Below are positions 51,061 to 63,679 of a stretch of DNA of 64,000 nt, piece after piece. Source of the DNA: Mobula hypostoma (Eukaryota); the NCBI RefSeq assembly GCF_963921235.1, contig NC_086124.1, positions 1,488,001 to 1,552,000 of the forward strand. Direction: 5' to 3'. The notes under the pieces are model-generated. The model was not told where the DNA came from and did no database searches. It saw only the letters and a list, made by a program, of their open reading frames with translations. The stretch's first letter is position 1; the number at the start of each line of letters is the position of its first letter. Made by a program: the position numbers and the translations under genes.

Positions 51061-51607
51061 ATCCCCTCCCTCCCTCCCCTCCCTCTCTCCCTCTCTGCCT
51101 CTCCCCTCCCCTCTCCCTCTTTACCTCACCCATCCCTCTTCCTCCCCTTCCCCTCCCCTCTCCCCTCCCTCTCTCCCTGTCCCTCTCTGCCTCTCCCTTC
51201 CCCCTCCCTCTTTTTCCCCTCTCCCTCTCTACCTCACCTCTCCCTCTCCCTCTCTGCCTCTCCCCTCCCTCTCCCTCCCCTCCCTCTCTCCCTCTCCCCT
51301 CCCCCTCCGTCTTCCTCCCCTCTCCCTCCCTTCTCCCTCTCCCTCTCTGCCTCTTCCCTCCCTCCACCTCCCCTCCCTCTCTCCCTCTCCGCCTCTCCCT
51401 CCCCTCCCCCTCTCCCCTCTCTCTTCCTTCCCTCTCCCTTCCCCTCTCTGCATCCCTCTTTTCCTCTCTCCCCACTCCTCCCCTCCCTTTCTACCCTCCC
51501 CTCTCTCCCTCTCCCGTTCCTGTCCCTCTCCCTCTCTCCCTCTTTCTCCTCCTCTCCCTCTCCCCTCTCCCCTACTCCTTCTCCCATCCCACTCTGCCTC
51601 CTCCCTT

Positions 51608-51649
<42 letters not shown>

Positions 51650-51661
51650 CCCTCTCCTCCC
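51061..51661. repeat. ~600-bp polypyrimidine/polypurine (CT-rich) low-complexity tract
   Basis: Almost exclusively C/T on the plus strand. Confidence 0.95.
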
Positions 51662-51662
51662 G

Positions 51663-52480
51663 CTTCTGCACACCACTGTTACAACACGTTTTTTCTGTTG
51701 CCTTCCTGTCAGCTTGAACCAGTTTGGCCATTCTCCTCTGACCTCTCTCGTTAATAAGGTGTTTTCACCCACAGAACTGCCGCTCACTGGGTGTTTTATT
51801 GTTTTTCACACCATTCTCCATGAATTCTAGGACTGTTGTGCGTGAACATCCCAGGGGATCTGCAGTTTCTGAGATACTCAAACCACCCTGTCTGGCGCCA
51901 ACAATCATTCTACAGTCAGAGTCATTTCTTCCTCATTCTGATATTTGGTCTGAACAACTGAACCTCTTGACCATGTCTGCATGCTTTTTTGCATTGAGTT
52001 GCTGCAATGTGATTGGGTGATTAGATATTTGCATTAACAAGGAATACATGTCTATCTAATTACTTGGCCACTGAATGGTCTTCAGCTGCTGTAGCCCATC
52101 CACTTCAAGGTTCGATGTGCTGTGCCATCAGAGATGTTCTTCTGCACACCACTGTTGTAACATGTGGTTATTTGAGTTACTGTCGCCTTCCTGTCAGCAT
52201 GAACCAGTCTGGCCATTCTCCTCTGACCTCTCCCATTAACAAGGTGCCTTCACCCACAGAACTGCTGCTCACTTGATTTTGTCTGTTTTTCACACCACTC
52301 TCTGTAAATTCCAGAGAGTGTTGTGAAGGAAAATCCCAGGCAGTTTCTGAGATACTCAAACCACCCCATCTGGCACCAACAATCATTTTACAGTCAACAT
52401 CACTTCTTCCTCATTCTGATGTTTGGTCCAAAGAACAACTGAACCTCTGATTTTTTTTTGAATTGAGTTGCACCCACCCT
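51663..52480 (-). mobile_element. Two adjacent Tc1-derived non-autonomous copies (N-terminal HTH remnant)
   Basis: MIVGARWGGLSISETA; LVQADRKAT...NSGVQK; TIR-like cagtggcca near 52070. Confidence 0.8.
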
Positions 52481-53059
52481 GGTTGGCCTTATCAAGTTGT
52501 ATTTATCAATCAATAGTTAAGAATTAATTATAGTTATGACACTACTGTTCCTTGTGAGATTTTAATGTGTGTATATATATATATAGGGTACATTTCAGTA
52601 GCAATCACAGTTCATTAGTAATTCATCATTTTGCAAACACTTGGGATGATCTGAGCTCAAACGGAGTGATCGTTTTTTTCTTTGCCATATCTCCTTACAC
52701 ACCCATTATAGAAGTGACTGTATGTATTTAGATTGTGGTCATTTCAGTCTAGTTTGGATTTGAAGCTTTTAATAATTAACCTGTATATATTTTGGTTCAT
52801 TAGTTACCCAGTGAGTTTATTTTATTGTTGCTTTGGTTTCCAGAGAGGACTGCTCTCTCCCACAGCTCCCGTGGGATTTTGAACCAGTCACCGAACAGAA
52901 GGCTCTGATAAATATGTCCATTAGCAAGTGCTCAATCCATTGATAAGGAGAAATGGAACTGAAATCGTCTGGGGATCTTTGGTGATTTATGGCGTGCCAT
53001 CCAGTAATGTGAGCATACTGATAACAGGGCCACCCGATAAAGCAAACTCACATCACACA

Positions 53060-53810
53060 ACGCACTCACAACATGCTGGAGGAACTCAGCATCTTAGTCA
53101 GTACCAACGGACAGAAATGAACAGTGATGCAAAATCATCAAGCTTGATAATTTTTGGTAATTACTTCTCTCTGCCAGCTCCCTTTTTCCATTCCACATTC
53201 CTGTTACCCTGTCAACCCTTCTCTTCTGCACCACCCCGCTGTGACCTGCCCATCACCTCCCTGAGTCCTGGTGAAGGGCCCCAGCCCGAAACATCGGCTG
53301 TTTGTTCATCTCCATAGATGCTGCCTGGCCTGCTGAGTTCCTCCAGCATTTTGTGTGTGCAACCTCCCTCTAGTTCCCCACTTGCTTCCCTTTCTTCCAT
53401 GGTCCGCCATCCTCTCCAGTCAGATTTCTTCTTCAAGAGCAGGGGCACCCAAACCTTTTCATGCCATGTACCCCTGCCATTAACCGAGGGGTCTGTGGAC
53501 TCTAGGAAACACACACACAATGCTGGAGGAACAGCAGGTCAGGCAGCATCTGTGGAGGAGAATAAACAGTCAATGTTTTGGGCTGAGTCCCTTCATCTGG
53601 ACTGGAAAGGAAGTGGGCAAGAGCCAGAATAAGAAAGTAGGGGAAGTACAGACTGGCCAGGTGATAGGAGAGATCAGGTCAGGGGGAAGGCGGACGAAGT
53701 GGGAAGCTGGGAGGGGATAGGTGGAAGAGTCCTGATGCCCTGCTGAGTTCCTTCAGCATTTTGTATCTTGATTTCCAGCATCTGCAAAGCTCCTCCATCT
53801 TCAGCCTTTT
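53060..53810. mobile_element. Cluster of Penelope pLTR fragments in both orientations, plus a mini-hAT remnant
   Basis: Hammerhead-like motifs at 53264-53299 (+) and about 53568-53604 (-); caggggcacccaaacc at 53440. Confidence 0.65.
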
Positions 53811-53819
53811 ACCACTTCC

Positions 53820-54014
53820 GTCTGCCTGGCATCAGTGGTCGTAAGACCAGGACTTGTGATCTGCACCGGCTGCTCATACGACCATCCACCACCTGCTTTC
53901 GTGGCTTTTCGTGACCCTGATCGAGGGCTAAGCAGATGCTACTCCTTGCCCAAGGGTGACCTGCAGGAGCACCTTACACCTCCCTTGGTGGAGACAGATT
54001 TCCACCCCACCACC
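53820..54014 (-). mobile_element. RTE-related element, family A, partial
   Basis: Homologous to 16820-17040. Confidence 0.7.
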
Positions 54015-54289
54015 TATTGTGATGTATGTCTAAATAAATAAAAGCATTACTATGTTATAAAATAAGTAAATAGAGCAAAAGAGGAATAGTGAGGTATTGC
54101 CCATGGGTTCATGGACCTTCTGATACCTGGTGGCGGAGTGGGAGAAGCTAATGTTAATAGTGAAAGAGGACATGTCCTGGTGGTGAGGGTCCTTAACGAT
54201 GGATGCTGCCGTCTTGATGCACCGCCTTTTGAAGATGTCCTCGATAGAGGGGAGGCTGGTGGAGCAGGCTCACCCTCTACAGCCTCATG

Positions 54290-55140
54290 CAGAGCAGGGT
54301 GGAAGAGATGAAATGCAACCTCGTCACTTCTTCTGCAGCCTTGAGGAAGAGGATGGCTCGGTTACAGCCTCATAGCCAGACAGGTCGATGATCTGCCATG
54401 TCTGTCTGTATGACAGAAAGGTCCCAGAACATCCCATGCTCTTGCACAGAGGTCTCAGACTACAGTGAGCAGGAGAGTCTGTCTCTGTCCTGCTCACCTG
54501 ACTGGGAACATCTAGCAGTCAAATGTCATGCACGTTATGTGCCGAGGGAGTCTTCCACCACCATACGGGTAGTGATGTACGTTCCCCCTAAGGCCAATGT
54601 CAGGCAGGCTCTGGAGGAGATGAGCACTGGCATCAGCAGTTAGGAAACGGTGCAGCCTGATGCCTGCAGGGATTTCAACCAGGCCAGAGTGAAGAGGTTC
54701 CTGAACAACTACTGCCAGCATATCACCTGTGGAACCAGAGGAGCCAACACTGTTATACCACCATCAGGAATACTTACCGTGCTATCCCATGCCCACTTTT
54801 TGGGGTATACAGGCAGGGACGTAAGACCACAGCACTGGTCGTGAGGACCAAGAAGGTATGGTCCAGGGAGGCAGAGGAGGGTGTACACGACTGCTTTGAG
54901 TCCGTGGACTGGACACTATTCAAGGATTCACCTTCGAGTCTGAATGAATACACCCCAGTGGTCACCAGCTTCATCAAGACCTGTATGGATGAGCAGTGCC
55001 TTCAAGGACACACCAGAAATACCCAGGTCGAAAGCCGTGGATGAAGCGGGGGATTGGTAATCTGCTGCGGGCTACATCTGTGGCATTCAAGACCGATGAT
55101 CCAGAACTATAAAAGAAGTTCAGTACGACCTACGTAAGGT
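54290..55140 (+). mobile_element. Rex1/Babar APE endonuclease-region fragment
   Basis: EHLAVKC..YVPRE...YVPPKANVRQALEE; DFNQA; HITCGTRG; DCFESVDW. Confidence 0.75.
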
Positions 55141-56074
55141 TAAAGTGCTGTAACCCACTCACTGGGCTCATATACAAACTCAGTTCGTTAGCTAGCTCTG
55201 CTAACAGCCACGAGACTCAGCAGTGAAAGGGCCACCTTTCATAAACAATATACATCTAGGGTCGGTACAATTCATGGTTCAGCCGAACAGGAACGTTGTG
55301 ATGCTCCGGTTAAAGAAACCTCAATACATTTACCCTATCTATACCTCTCATAATTTTGTATACCTCTATCAAATTTTCTCTCAGTCTTCTACATTCCAAG
55401 GAATAAAGTCCTAACCTATTCAAGCTTTCCTTATAACTCAGGTCCTCTCACAACTTACTAACCCTAACACATCTGCTACAGGAGGTAGGTTGGGTAATAA
55501 TCCCTCAATTATTGTAGTAGTGGCCACATGAGTTCAAACCTATTGGTTTTAACAAATGTAAAAAAGAACACTGCGTTACGCATTAACTATGAACAGAAGA
55601 ATGCAGTTTATTCTTGTAAATACTATATTTGTTAGATGATGAATAAACTTTATTTTCATTAAAGAAACACCAGCCATGCTGAGGTGAATTTCATGCTGCG
55701 GTCTCCAGGCTAATCTTCTGATGGTCACCCATCAAGCTAGAAAAACCGCAATCTCAGACCAGCAGCTCCAACGAACGGCTTTAGTGTCTCAGTTTTGCAT
55801 AAAGATTGTGCAAGAAGGTTCCAGTTCTGTGCTAAAGAACATTCCAGCTCGGTTGAGCTGAAAATGCTACGAGAGGCTGCAAACATCAATGAAAAATGTA
55901 GTTCACAACCCAACAGGAATGGTGCAAACCCACACTCGCTCCTGCCTTTCACTGTGCTCTCCGTCTTATGTATTGAATCTTTTTTAAAGTGCTTTGTTAT
56001 CTCTGACAAATGAGGAGATGATTGCATCTCCCGTAATAGACACTGACCACAGGGAATAACCACAAGCATTGTTA

Positions 56075-56795
56075 GAATCAGAATCAGAATCAGGTTTAGT
56101 ATGTCGTGAAATTTGTTGTCTTTTTAGTACAATGCCATACATAATAATACATAATAATAGTGTGGGCACGTGGCCGAGTGGTTAAGGCATTGGACTAGCA
56201 GCCTGAAGGTTGTGAGTTCGAGCCCCAGCCGAGGCAACATGTGTTGTGTCCTTGAGCAAGGCACTTAATCACACATTGCTCTGCGACGACACCAGTGACA
56301 AGCTGTATGGGTCCTAATGCCCTTCCCTTGGACAACATTGGTGTCATGGAGAGGGAAGACTTGCAGCATGGGCAACTGCTGGTCTTCCATACAACCTTGC
56401 CCAGGCCTGCGCCCTGGAGAGTGAAGACTTTCCAGGCGCAGAACAATGGTCTCGCAAGACTAACGAATGACTTAATACATAATAATAAAAAAGCTGTTAA
56501 TTACGGTAAGTATATGTAAAATAAGTCTGGCAAAATAGAAACAAAAAGTAGTGAGGTAGTGTTCGTGGGTTCAATGTCCATTCAGAAATCAGATGGCAGA
56601 GGGGAAGAAGCTGTTCCTGAATCACTGAGTGTGTGCCTTCAGGCTCCTGTACCTCCTTCCTGGTGGTAGTAATGAGAAGAGGGCATCTCGTGGGTGATGG
56701 GGGTCCTTAATGATGGATGCACCTTTCTGAGGCATCACTCCTTGAAGATGACCTGGATACAATGGAGACTAGAGCCCATGATGGAGCTGACTATG
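56075..56795 (-). mobile_element. Rex1/Babar 3' fragment hosting a SINE
   Basis: (TTCTGA)n tail at 56075; Rex C-terminus at 56580-56790. Confidence 0.8.
56160..56472 (+). mobile_element. tRNA-headed SINE with an RTE-derived tail (family C)
   Basis: A-box tggccgagtgg, B-box gagttcgagcc; RTE-UTR segment ctgcgacgacacc...ggagaggg...gcatgggcaac; perfect 15-bp TSD taatacataataata at 56145-56159 and 56473-56487. Confidence 0.88.
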
Positions 56796-57331
56796 GACTA
56801 CAGCAACTTGAACAGTGAAACTGCCCTCCACTTCAATGGTGATGAGAAGCTGGGCAGAACTATTTGAACAGGCTGATATGCATTAAACCTGTCTGTCTTT
56901 GTAATCAAAAACTATTGCTAAACAGCAAGGAGATGGAAGACCTTTCTATACAATGGGCAAGAACATTATCTCCTTCACAAGATATGGCACATTCATTTTT
57001 GGTGCTGACCTGCTTGATGCTGCAGTGGTAATCCTCTTTCTGACAAAATCTGTCGTCGTTGCACCCGGAGGCCACGTTATTGGGTCCATCCGCACAACCA
57101 GCTCGTTAATGCAACTATCTAATCAGCCAATCATGTGGCAGCAACTCAATGCATGAAAGCATGAAGGCGTGGTCAAGAGATTCAATTGTTGTTCAGATCA
57201 AACTCAGAATGGGGGAGAAATGTGATCTCAGTTACCTGGACTGTGTAATGATTGATGGTGTCAGATGGGGTGGTTTGAGTCTCTCAGAAACTGCTGATCT
57301 CCTGGGATTCTCATGACAACTGTTTCTAGGG

Positions 57332-57398
57332 CAGGGGTTCCCAGCCTTTTGTGTGCCATTAGCCAAGGGGTCTGTGGACCCCAGGTTGGAAATCCCTG
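57332..57398. mobile_element. 67-bp mini hAT (Charlie-type) MITE
   Basis: caggggttccca...ggaaatccctg TIRs in an NTCTAGAN-like site. Confidence 0.6.
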
Positions 57399-57527
57399 CT
57401 CCAGAGTTTACAGGGAACAGTGCAAGAAACTAAAACACATCCAGTGAGTGGCAGATCTGTGGGTGCAAACACCTTGTTAATGAGGAGAATGGCCAGACTG
57501 GTTCAAGCTAACAGGAAGGTGAAGGTA

Positions 57528-58325
57528 CTTTATTCTTTATTGTTGCCAAACAATTGATACTAGAGCGTACAATAATCACGGCGAAATTTGATCCTGCGCT
57601 TCGTGCTCCCTGGAGTACAAATCAATAGTAAATTTTAAAAATTTAAATTATAAATCATAAATAGAAGATAGAAAAGGGAAGGTAAGGTAGTGCAAAAAAA
57701 CCGAGAGGCAGATCTGGATATTTGGAGATCCAGGTCAGGATCCGTTCAGCATTCTTATCACAGTTGGAAAGAAGCTGTTCCCAAATCTGGCTGTATGAGT
57801 CTTCAAGCTCCTGAGCCTTCTCCCAGAGGGAAGAGGGATGAAAAGTGTGTTGACTGGGTGGGTCGTGTCCTTGATTATCCTGACAGCACTGCTCCAACAG
57901 CGTGCGGTGTAAAGTGAGTCCAAGGACAGAAGATTGGTTTGTGTGATGTGCTGGGCAGGGTTCACGATCTTCTGCAGCTTCTTTCGGTCTTGGACAGGAC
58001 AACTTCCACACCAGCTTGTGGTGCACCCTAGAAGAATGCTTTCTACGGTGCATCTATAAAAATTAGTGAGGGTTTTAGGAGACAGGCCAAATTTCTTTAC
58101 CTTTCTCAGGAAGTGAAGGCGCTGGTGGGCCTTCTTGGCAGTGGACTCTGCTTGGTTGGACCAAGTCAGGTCATTTGTGATATTGACCCCGAGGAACTTA
58201 AAGCTTTTGACCTGTTCCACTTGCGCACCACTGATATAAATTGGGTCGTGCAGTCCGCTGCTCCTTCTGAAGTCAACAACCAACTCCTTCGTCTTGCTGA
58301 CGTTGAGGGATAGGTTATTGATAGG
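57528..58325 (-). mobile_element. Young Rex1/Babar LINE, 5'-truncated
   Basis: Open 182-aa remnant MVVDFRR...FKFLGVNITNDLTW...FGNSFFPTVIRMLN; (AATAAAG)n tail. Confidence 0.9.
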
Positions 58326-58739
58326 TTATAGGTAACCCAAATAAGCAGGTGTTTCAACAGTGGTGTGCAGAAGAGTATCTCTGAATGCACAACACATCGA
58401 AGTCATTAGGTACAGGAGGTCCCTGAGTGCATTGTCAGCCATTAAGTACAATATTGCATCATTTTCTTACAAGATAATTTTCCATAATAACAGCCCACTT
58501 TGCTGTGTTAAGTCGCACATTTCTGCTGCACTCCCCACTGGAATGACACCACATGAGAAAGGTGAGAAAAGTATTATTTTAAACGCAGATGTAACGAAAA
58601 TATGAAGAAGTACTTAAATAAGAACAGACACCACCTCTCACAGGCTCAGCGTCTGTCCCAGAAAGCTTAGACTTAGAACTCGCTCAGTCAAAGCCAAAGG
58701 TGACTATTAAAAAGTACTTTAAAAATTTAAAACACATTC

Positions 58740-59905
58740 ATCAAGATTGTGTTCTGTTCTGGTTGCCTTACTGCAGGAAGGATGTGGAAGCTTTCGAGAC
58801 GGTGCAGAGGAGATTTACCAGGATGCTGTCTGGATTAGAGAACCTGTCTTATGAGGATAGGCCGAGTGAGCTGGGGCTTTTCTCTGAGCAAAGTGCACGA
58901 AAGGTGAGTTGATGGAGCTGTATAAGACGATAAGAGGCATAGATTGAGTGGACAGCCAGAGACTTTTCCCAGCGTGAAATTTTAAGGTGATTAGAGGAAT
59001 GTATGGGGGAGGAATGTTATCTACAGAGAGAGGTAATTGCTGGAATGCCCTCTCAGGCAGATACATTAGGGGCATTCCACGCAATTACCTCCTGGGGGGC
59101 GGGAGAAGATGGCGGCGCGACGGCAGCGTGCGCGGCCACTTTGGTGATGATGTCTGTTATCTGTCGAGTAGGGGACCGTGCACAATTCTGATTTGATGGA
59201 GATGGACGTGAGAGCACAGCGGAACATCTGGAAAACTTCTGAAATGCCCGCTTCGCTGCCGCTGTCACTGTGTGGTAACCGGAATCTCCGGAGCTGAAGA
59301 CCCGAAATCCTCAGCTTTGTGTGTTTCACTGGCCGGGGAGAGGTCGAAGGTTCTCGGCAGAGGCTGATATCGGAGAGGCTGCTCGGAGGCTCGAAGTTTT
59401 CGAACGGATGGACTCAGTTGGCTGGGGTCAGCTGCTTCCAAGGTATCGGCAAGTTGACGGTGCCTGGAGGTTTATGGCAGGGAGTTTCTCCCGTTTGCCG
59501 CCTGCTATTGGGGACTCGGGAGTTGATCGACTCAGGGACTTTGAGACTTTTTTTTTACTGTGCCCATGGTCTGTTCTTTATCAAATCATAGTATTGCTTT
59601 GCACTGCTGTAACTATATGGTATAATTATGTGGTTTTGTCAGTGTTAGTCTTTGGTTTGTCCTGTTTTCTGTGATATCACTCCGGAGAAACATTGTATCA
59701 TTTCTTAATGCATGTATGCATTTCTAAATGACAATAAAAGAGGACTGAGTGTTCTCATAATCTAAATTTAAGAAACTCTTAGATAGGCACATGGATGATA
59801 GAAAAATGGAGGCCTATGGAGAAGGCTAGATTGATCTTAGAGTAAGTTAATTGTCTGCACAACATTGTGGTGTGAAGGGCCTGTACTGTACTGTTCTATG
59901 TTCTG
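58740..59905 (+). mobile_element. CR1 3' fragment interrupted by a family Y element
   Basis: CVLFWLPYCRKDVEA; 3' UTR resumes at 59767. Confidence 0.8.
59078..59766 (+). mobile_element. Family Y non-autonomous retroposon, copy 2
   Basis: AAGATGGCGGC (YY1-type) at 59106-59116; colinear with 40436-41112. Confidence 0.8.
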
Positions 59906-60693
59906 TGTATTTATATGTAATATGTTGGCATAAACATATCTTTGACATATCAACTCACACTTGAAGTGGGTTGGACATGGCCCCTGATTTCTGCTGGAAA
60001 TGATAGTCTCCCAGGATTACGTACAATCACATCCAAGGAGCAGCGTAACAGCAGGATACATGTTCCACCACTGCCATCCCAAGACTGGGGAAGTTTAAAG
60101 GGGACAAACCACATGGAAATAGCCAGGCGTGGCGAAGACAAACATCACAGACCTCTGGTGGCTGGTGACAGACTCGGAGACCACTCCGCTGATAACAGTT
60201 TGATCTGGTTACACCTGAAACTGAACCTGCCGTTACACAGTGCATTGAGGTAGAACAAGGTAAATCAATAACAGAATGCAGAATAAAGTGTAACAGCTCC
60301 AGAGAAAGTGCAGTGCAGATAGATAACAAGGTGCAAGATTCAGAACAAGGTAGATTGTGAGGTCAAGAGTCCATCTTATCATACTAAGCAGCCGTTCAAT
60401 AACAAGAGACAAGAGGGAGCACGCAATCTGGCACAGGTGATAAAGGAAATCCCAACTGTAGTGAAAACAGAGATGAAGAGCAATTAACCAGTGTATGGTT
60501 AATCTGTGGAATTCATTGCCAGAGACAGCCATGGAAGCCAAGCCATTGAGTATACTTAAAGAGGAGGTTGATAGGTCCTTGCTTAGTCAGGGTGTTAAAG
60601 GTCACGAGGAGAAGGCAGAGGAATGGGGTTGAGAGGCATAATAAATCAGCCATGATGGAATGGTGGAGCAGACTCGATGGGCTGAATGGCCAA

Positions 60694-61225
60694 CAGTACT
60701 GTGTAAAAGTCTTAAAGGCACATTATATATATATATATATAGCTAGGATGCCTAATGCTTTTGCACAATTCTGTAGTGATTTTATGTATTGCACTGAACT
60801 GCTACTGCTGCAAAATCAAATTACATGACATTTGTGAGTGATGATGAACCTGATTCCGATCTGGGTCTCTGTTGTGGACTGAGAGTGGGAAGGGGGCAGG
60901 GAGAGGGGACTCATGGTCGGGAAAAGGGGAAGGGAGAGGGGAGGGAGTGGGAAGCACCAGAGAGACATTCTGTAATGATCAATAAACCAATTGTTTGGAA
61001 TCAAATGACCTTGCCTGGTGTCTCAGGGCTGGGTGTGTCTGCACCCACGCCAACCTCCAACTCTCTTGGTACTCTTTCTCTGCCACCAGACCCACACCCC
61101 TCCCACAACACTCCACCCTCAACATTCCCAACAACCTTTTCTCTCGTCTGATTTACAAATTTGCTCTCTGCTCTACATCGACAAATACAATATTGTGCCA
61201 AAGTCTTGGGCACCCTAGCTATATA
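60694..61225. mobile_element. Tc1-type MITE with doubled ends, copy 2
   Basis: Colinear with 42992-43537; the outer right end is replaced by a microsatellite. Confidence 0.8.
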
Positions 61226-61338
61226 CATACAGTAAGTGTGTATACATATAGTATGTGTGTGTGTATACATACAGTATGTGTGTGTATATACATTCAGTAT
61301 GTGTGTATATACATACAGTATGTGTGTGTGTGTGTGTG
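61226..61338. repeat. Compound (TATG/CA/GT)n microsatellite
   Basis: Direct observation. Confidence 0.9.
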
Positions 61339-61479
61339 CTCCTATGTCTTATAGTCATGGTCTCAAAACTCTTTGATGGTCAGACATTGTTTAATACTTT
61401 GTTTTAGCTGGGAGGCCTCCTTTATACACCTTACTGTTTCTAAACAATATGTGTGCGTCACGACAGTGTTGTAGATTAG

Positions 61480-62795
61480 AGATGACTGTCTGGTTTGGTC
61501 AGTGACAATATGACAGGAAAGGACACAGTTAGACGATGGTTGACAGAATTTCGGACAGTGATGAGACGTCGTACAGAAGTGAGATATATCAGATAGTTGA
61601 GTGGTGTCATAGTAACAACCTTGCACTCAATGTCAGTAACTGGCTGTGGATTTCAGAAAGGGTAGGTCGAGGGAAAACACACCAGTCCTCAGAGAAGGAT
61701 TAAAAATGAAAAGGGTGAGTTGGTCTCGGTCGGCAGCACAGCGGGTGTCTTGTTGCCGTGTAAGAAGGACGGAGGGGGGTAAACCATGTTTTCTGTGATT
61801 GCCAAGCCTGCCACGCGAGGCCTGCTGGCCAAACGCCTGCGATTTCATTTAGCTATAGCGGTTACTCTAGCTTTCTCCGTAGCTGGCGCCTTCAGGCAAT
61901 TCGTGGGCGAGCAGAGGAAGAAAGCAAATGCTGACTTCTACAAGAAATACGACGCAATGCAGGAGTTTGAGGCTATGAGGGAAACTGGTATATTTCAAAG
62001 TGTGCAACCAAAGAAATTGAAGTAAATTTTTGCAAAGGCACTTTGACAGGATTATCCTCTATTCACTGAGAAAAGACAATGAAGATACAATTTGTGTATT
62101 TTCCATACTTGAAGATGTATCAATAAAATGTATTAACTTCCTTGTTGACCCTTAAAAGAAATGGAAAGGGCGAGCTATTTCAAACTTCTGGGTGTCAATA
62201 TCTCTGAGGATTTAATCTGTACCCAACATATTGATGCAGTTATAAGGAAGGCACGACAATGGTTATATTTCTCTAGGAATGTGAGAGCATTTGGTATGAC
62301 ACGAAAAACACTGACAAATTTCTGCAGAAGTACATGCAGAGTATTCTAACTGGCTTCATCACTGTCTGGTATGTGGGGGGTGGGGGGGGCGCGACTGCAC
62401 AGTGTTGAAGCAACTGCGGAAAGTTGTAAACTAACCTCCGCAGTATCCAGGACATCTTCAAGGAGCGATGCCTCAAAAAGGCAGCGTCCATTAATAAGAA
62501 CCCCCATCACCCAGGTCATGCCCTGTTCTCATTGCTACCATCAGGGAGGAGGTACAGGAGCCTGAAGACACACACTCAGCGATTCAGGAACAGCTTCTTC
62601 CCCTCTGCCATCCGATTTCTGACTGGACATTGAATACATGAACACTACCTCACTATCTTTTTATTTCTATTTTTGCGCTAACTTAATTTCACTGTATACT
62701 CACTGTAATTCACAGTTTTCCCCTATTATTATGTATTGCATTGTACTGCTGCTGCAAAGACAACAAATTTCACCTCGTATGACCCGATTCTGATT
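61480..62795 (+). mobile_element. Rex1/Babar fragment hosting the COX6C retrocopy
   Basis: Colinear with 14790-15640 on both sides of the retrocopy. Confidence 0.85.
61720..62158 (+). pseudogene. COX6C: Processed retrocopy of cytochrome c oxidase subunit 6C mRNA; ORF 61786-62025 (79 aa) is intact
   Basis: KPATRGLLAKRLRFHL...RKKANADFYKKYDAMQEFEAMRETGIFQSV matches COX6C. No introns; both UTRs present; AATAAA at 62122; short A-rich tail. Degenerate TSD aaatgaaaagggtgag (61704-61719) / aaatggaaagggcgag (62159-62174). The insert splits a Rex LINE. Confidence 0.92.
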
Positions 62796-63679
62796 TCTTC
62801 CAGTTTCTGTGTTGTCCATGATCAGGAGTGAAGAAGCACGGTGATTTTCCAAAACACACCGAATTGCAGAGCCTCAGTGTGAAGCAATAATCACTTCAGT
62901 GGGGTGTGGTGTCAACACCAGCCGGTAGAACATGGGTTTGTAAAGGTAGACTGGTGGGAGGGGAGAGGAAATGCGTAGCTTCTGCTAGATGCTTGGAATG
63001 CTCTCTCCTGTCCCAGGTGTTCTACCTTCAGGGCTTCCCCTCAGCTGCCCCTCCGCACACGATCCTTCACCACGCCATTTACCAATCTGCCTTCCCCACC
63101 CCAGTCCTGAACCTACAACTTCCCGGCGTTACTCCTACCTCGCCTCATGTCCCTCCACGCTCATCTTCTGTTCAAGAGCTACCTGTGGCTCTCACTGCTG
63201 ACCCATTGCTCAGACCTTCCACCCAACCCCAATCTCTTCTCGGCAGCCCTTGCTGACCCAGCACATGAAAATCTCTCTCGCTGCTGCCCCTCCTTGGCGC
63301 CTTGCTGTCCTTCTGCAGTCAGGAACTGTGCCTGTGATTATGAAGCACACCGTGTAATTGAAGCAGGTTATGATAAAAGACTTCACAGTCAGAAATACCT
63401 TGTAATATGGGTGTGACTAGGAGTAAGTTAACCTTTGAAATCTCTGTTCACAATTCAAACTGCGTCAAAGGCATATTTTGCTGACAGGAAATTCTAATAG
63501 AAGGGATTAGATCTTCCCCGTGTGACACATGTCAATTGTCACCTATTTCTCCCTGAAGGATCTGAGATGCTGAAATCCAGTGTGTCTGCCTCACGAGAGG
63601 TTCTAGTCAGGCCGAACATGTGCTCAGTGCGCAGGAACAAAGATGTCACTTGTACAGTCAAACACGCTCTGCTTCCTCC

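Larger units (their letters stand above)
57061..58440 (+). mobile_element. Tc1-derived non-autonomous element split by a mini-hAT and a Rex LINE
   Basis: Same sequence as 51663-52480 in the opposite orientation; resumes at about 58328. Confidence 0.75.

Noticed and set aside
51041-51787. Pro/Ser/Leu-rich and Arg/Glu/Gly-rich ORFs
   Set aside because: Translations of a CT low-complexity tract that cannot contain stop codons
56160-56235. tRNA gene
   Set aside because: It is the head of a TSD-flanked SINE; no proper acceptor stem or terminator
62906-63416. Overlapping 70-116 aa ORFs
   Set aside because: No recognisable domain or exon structure; C-rich composition explains the open frames
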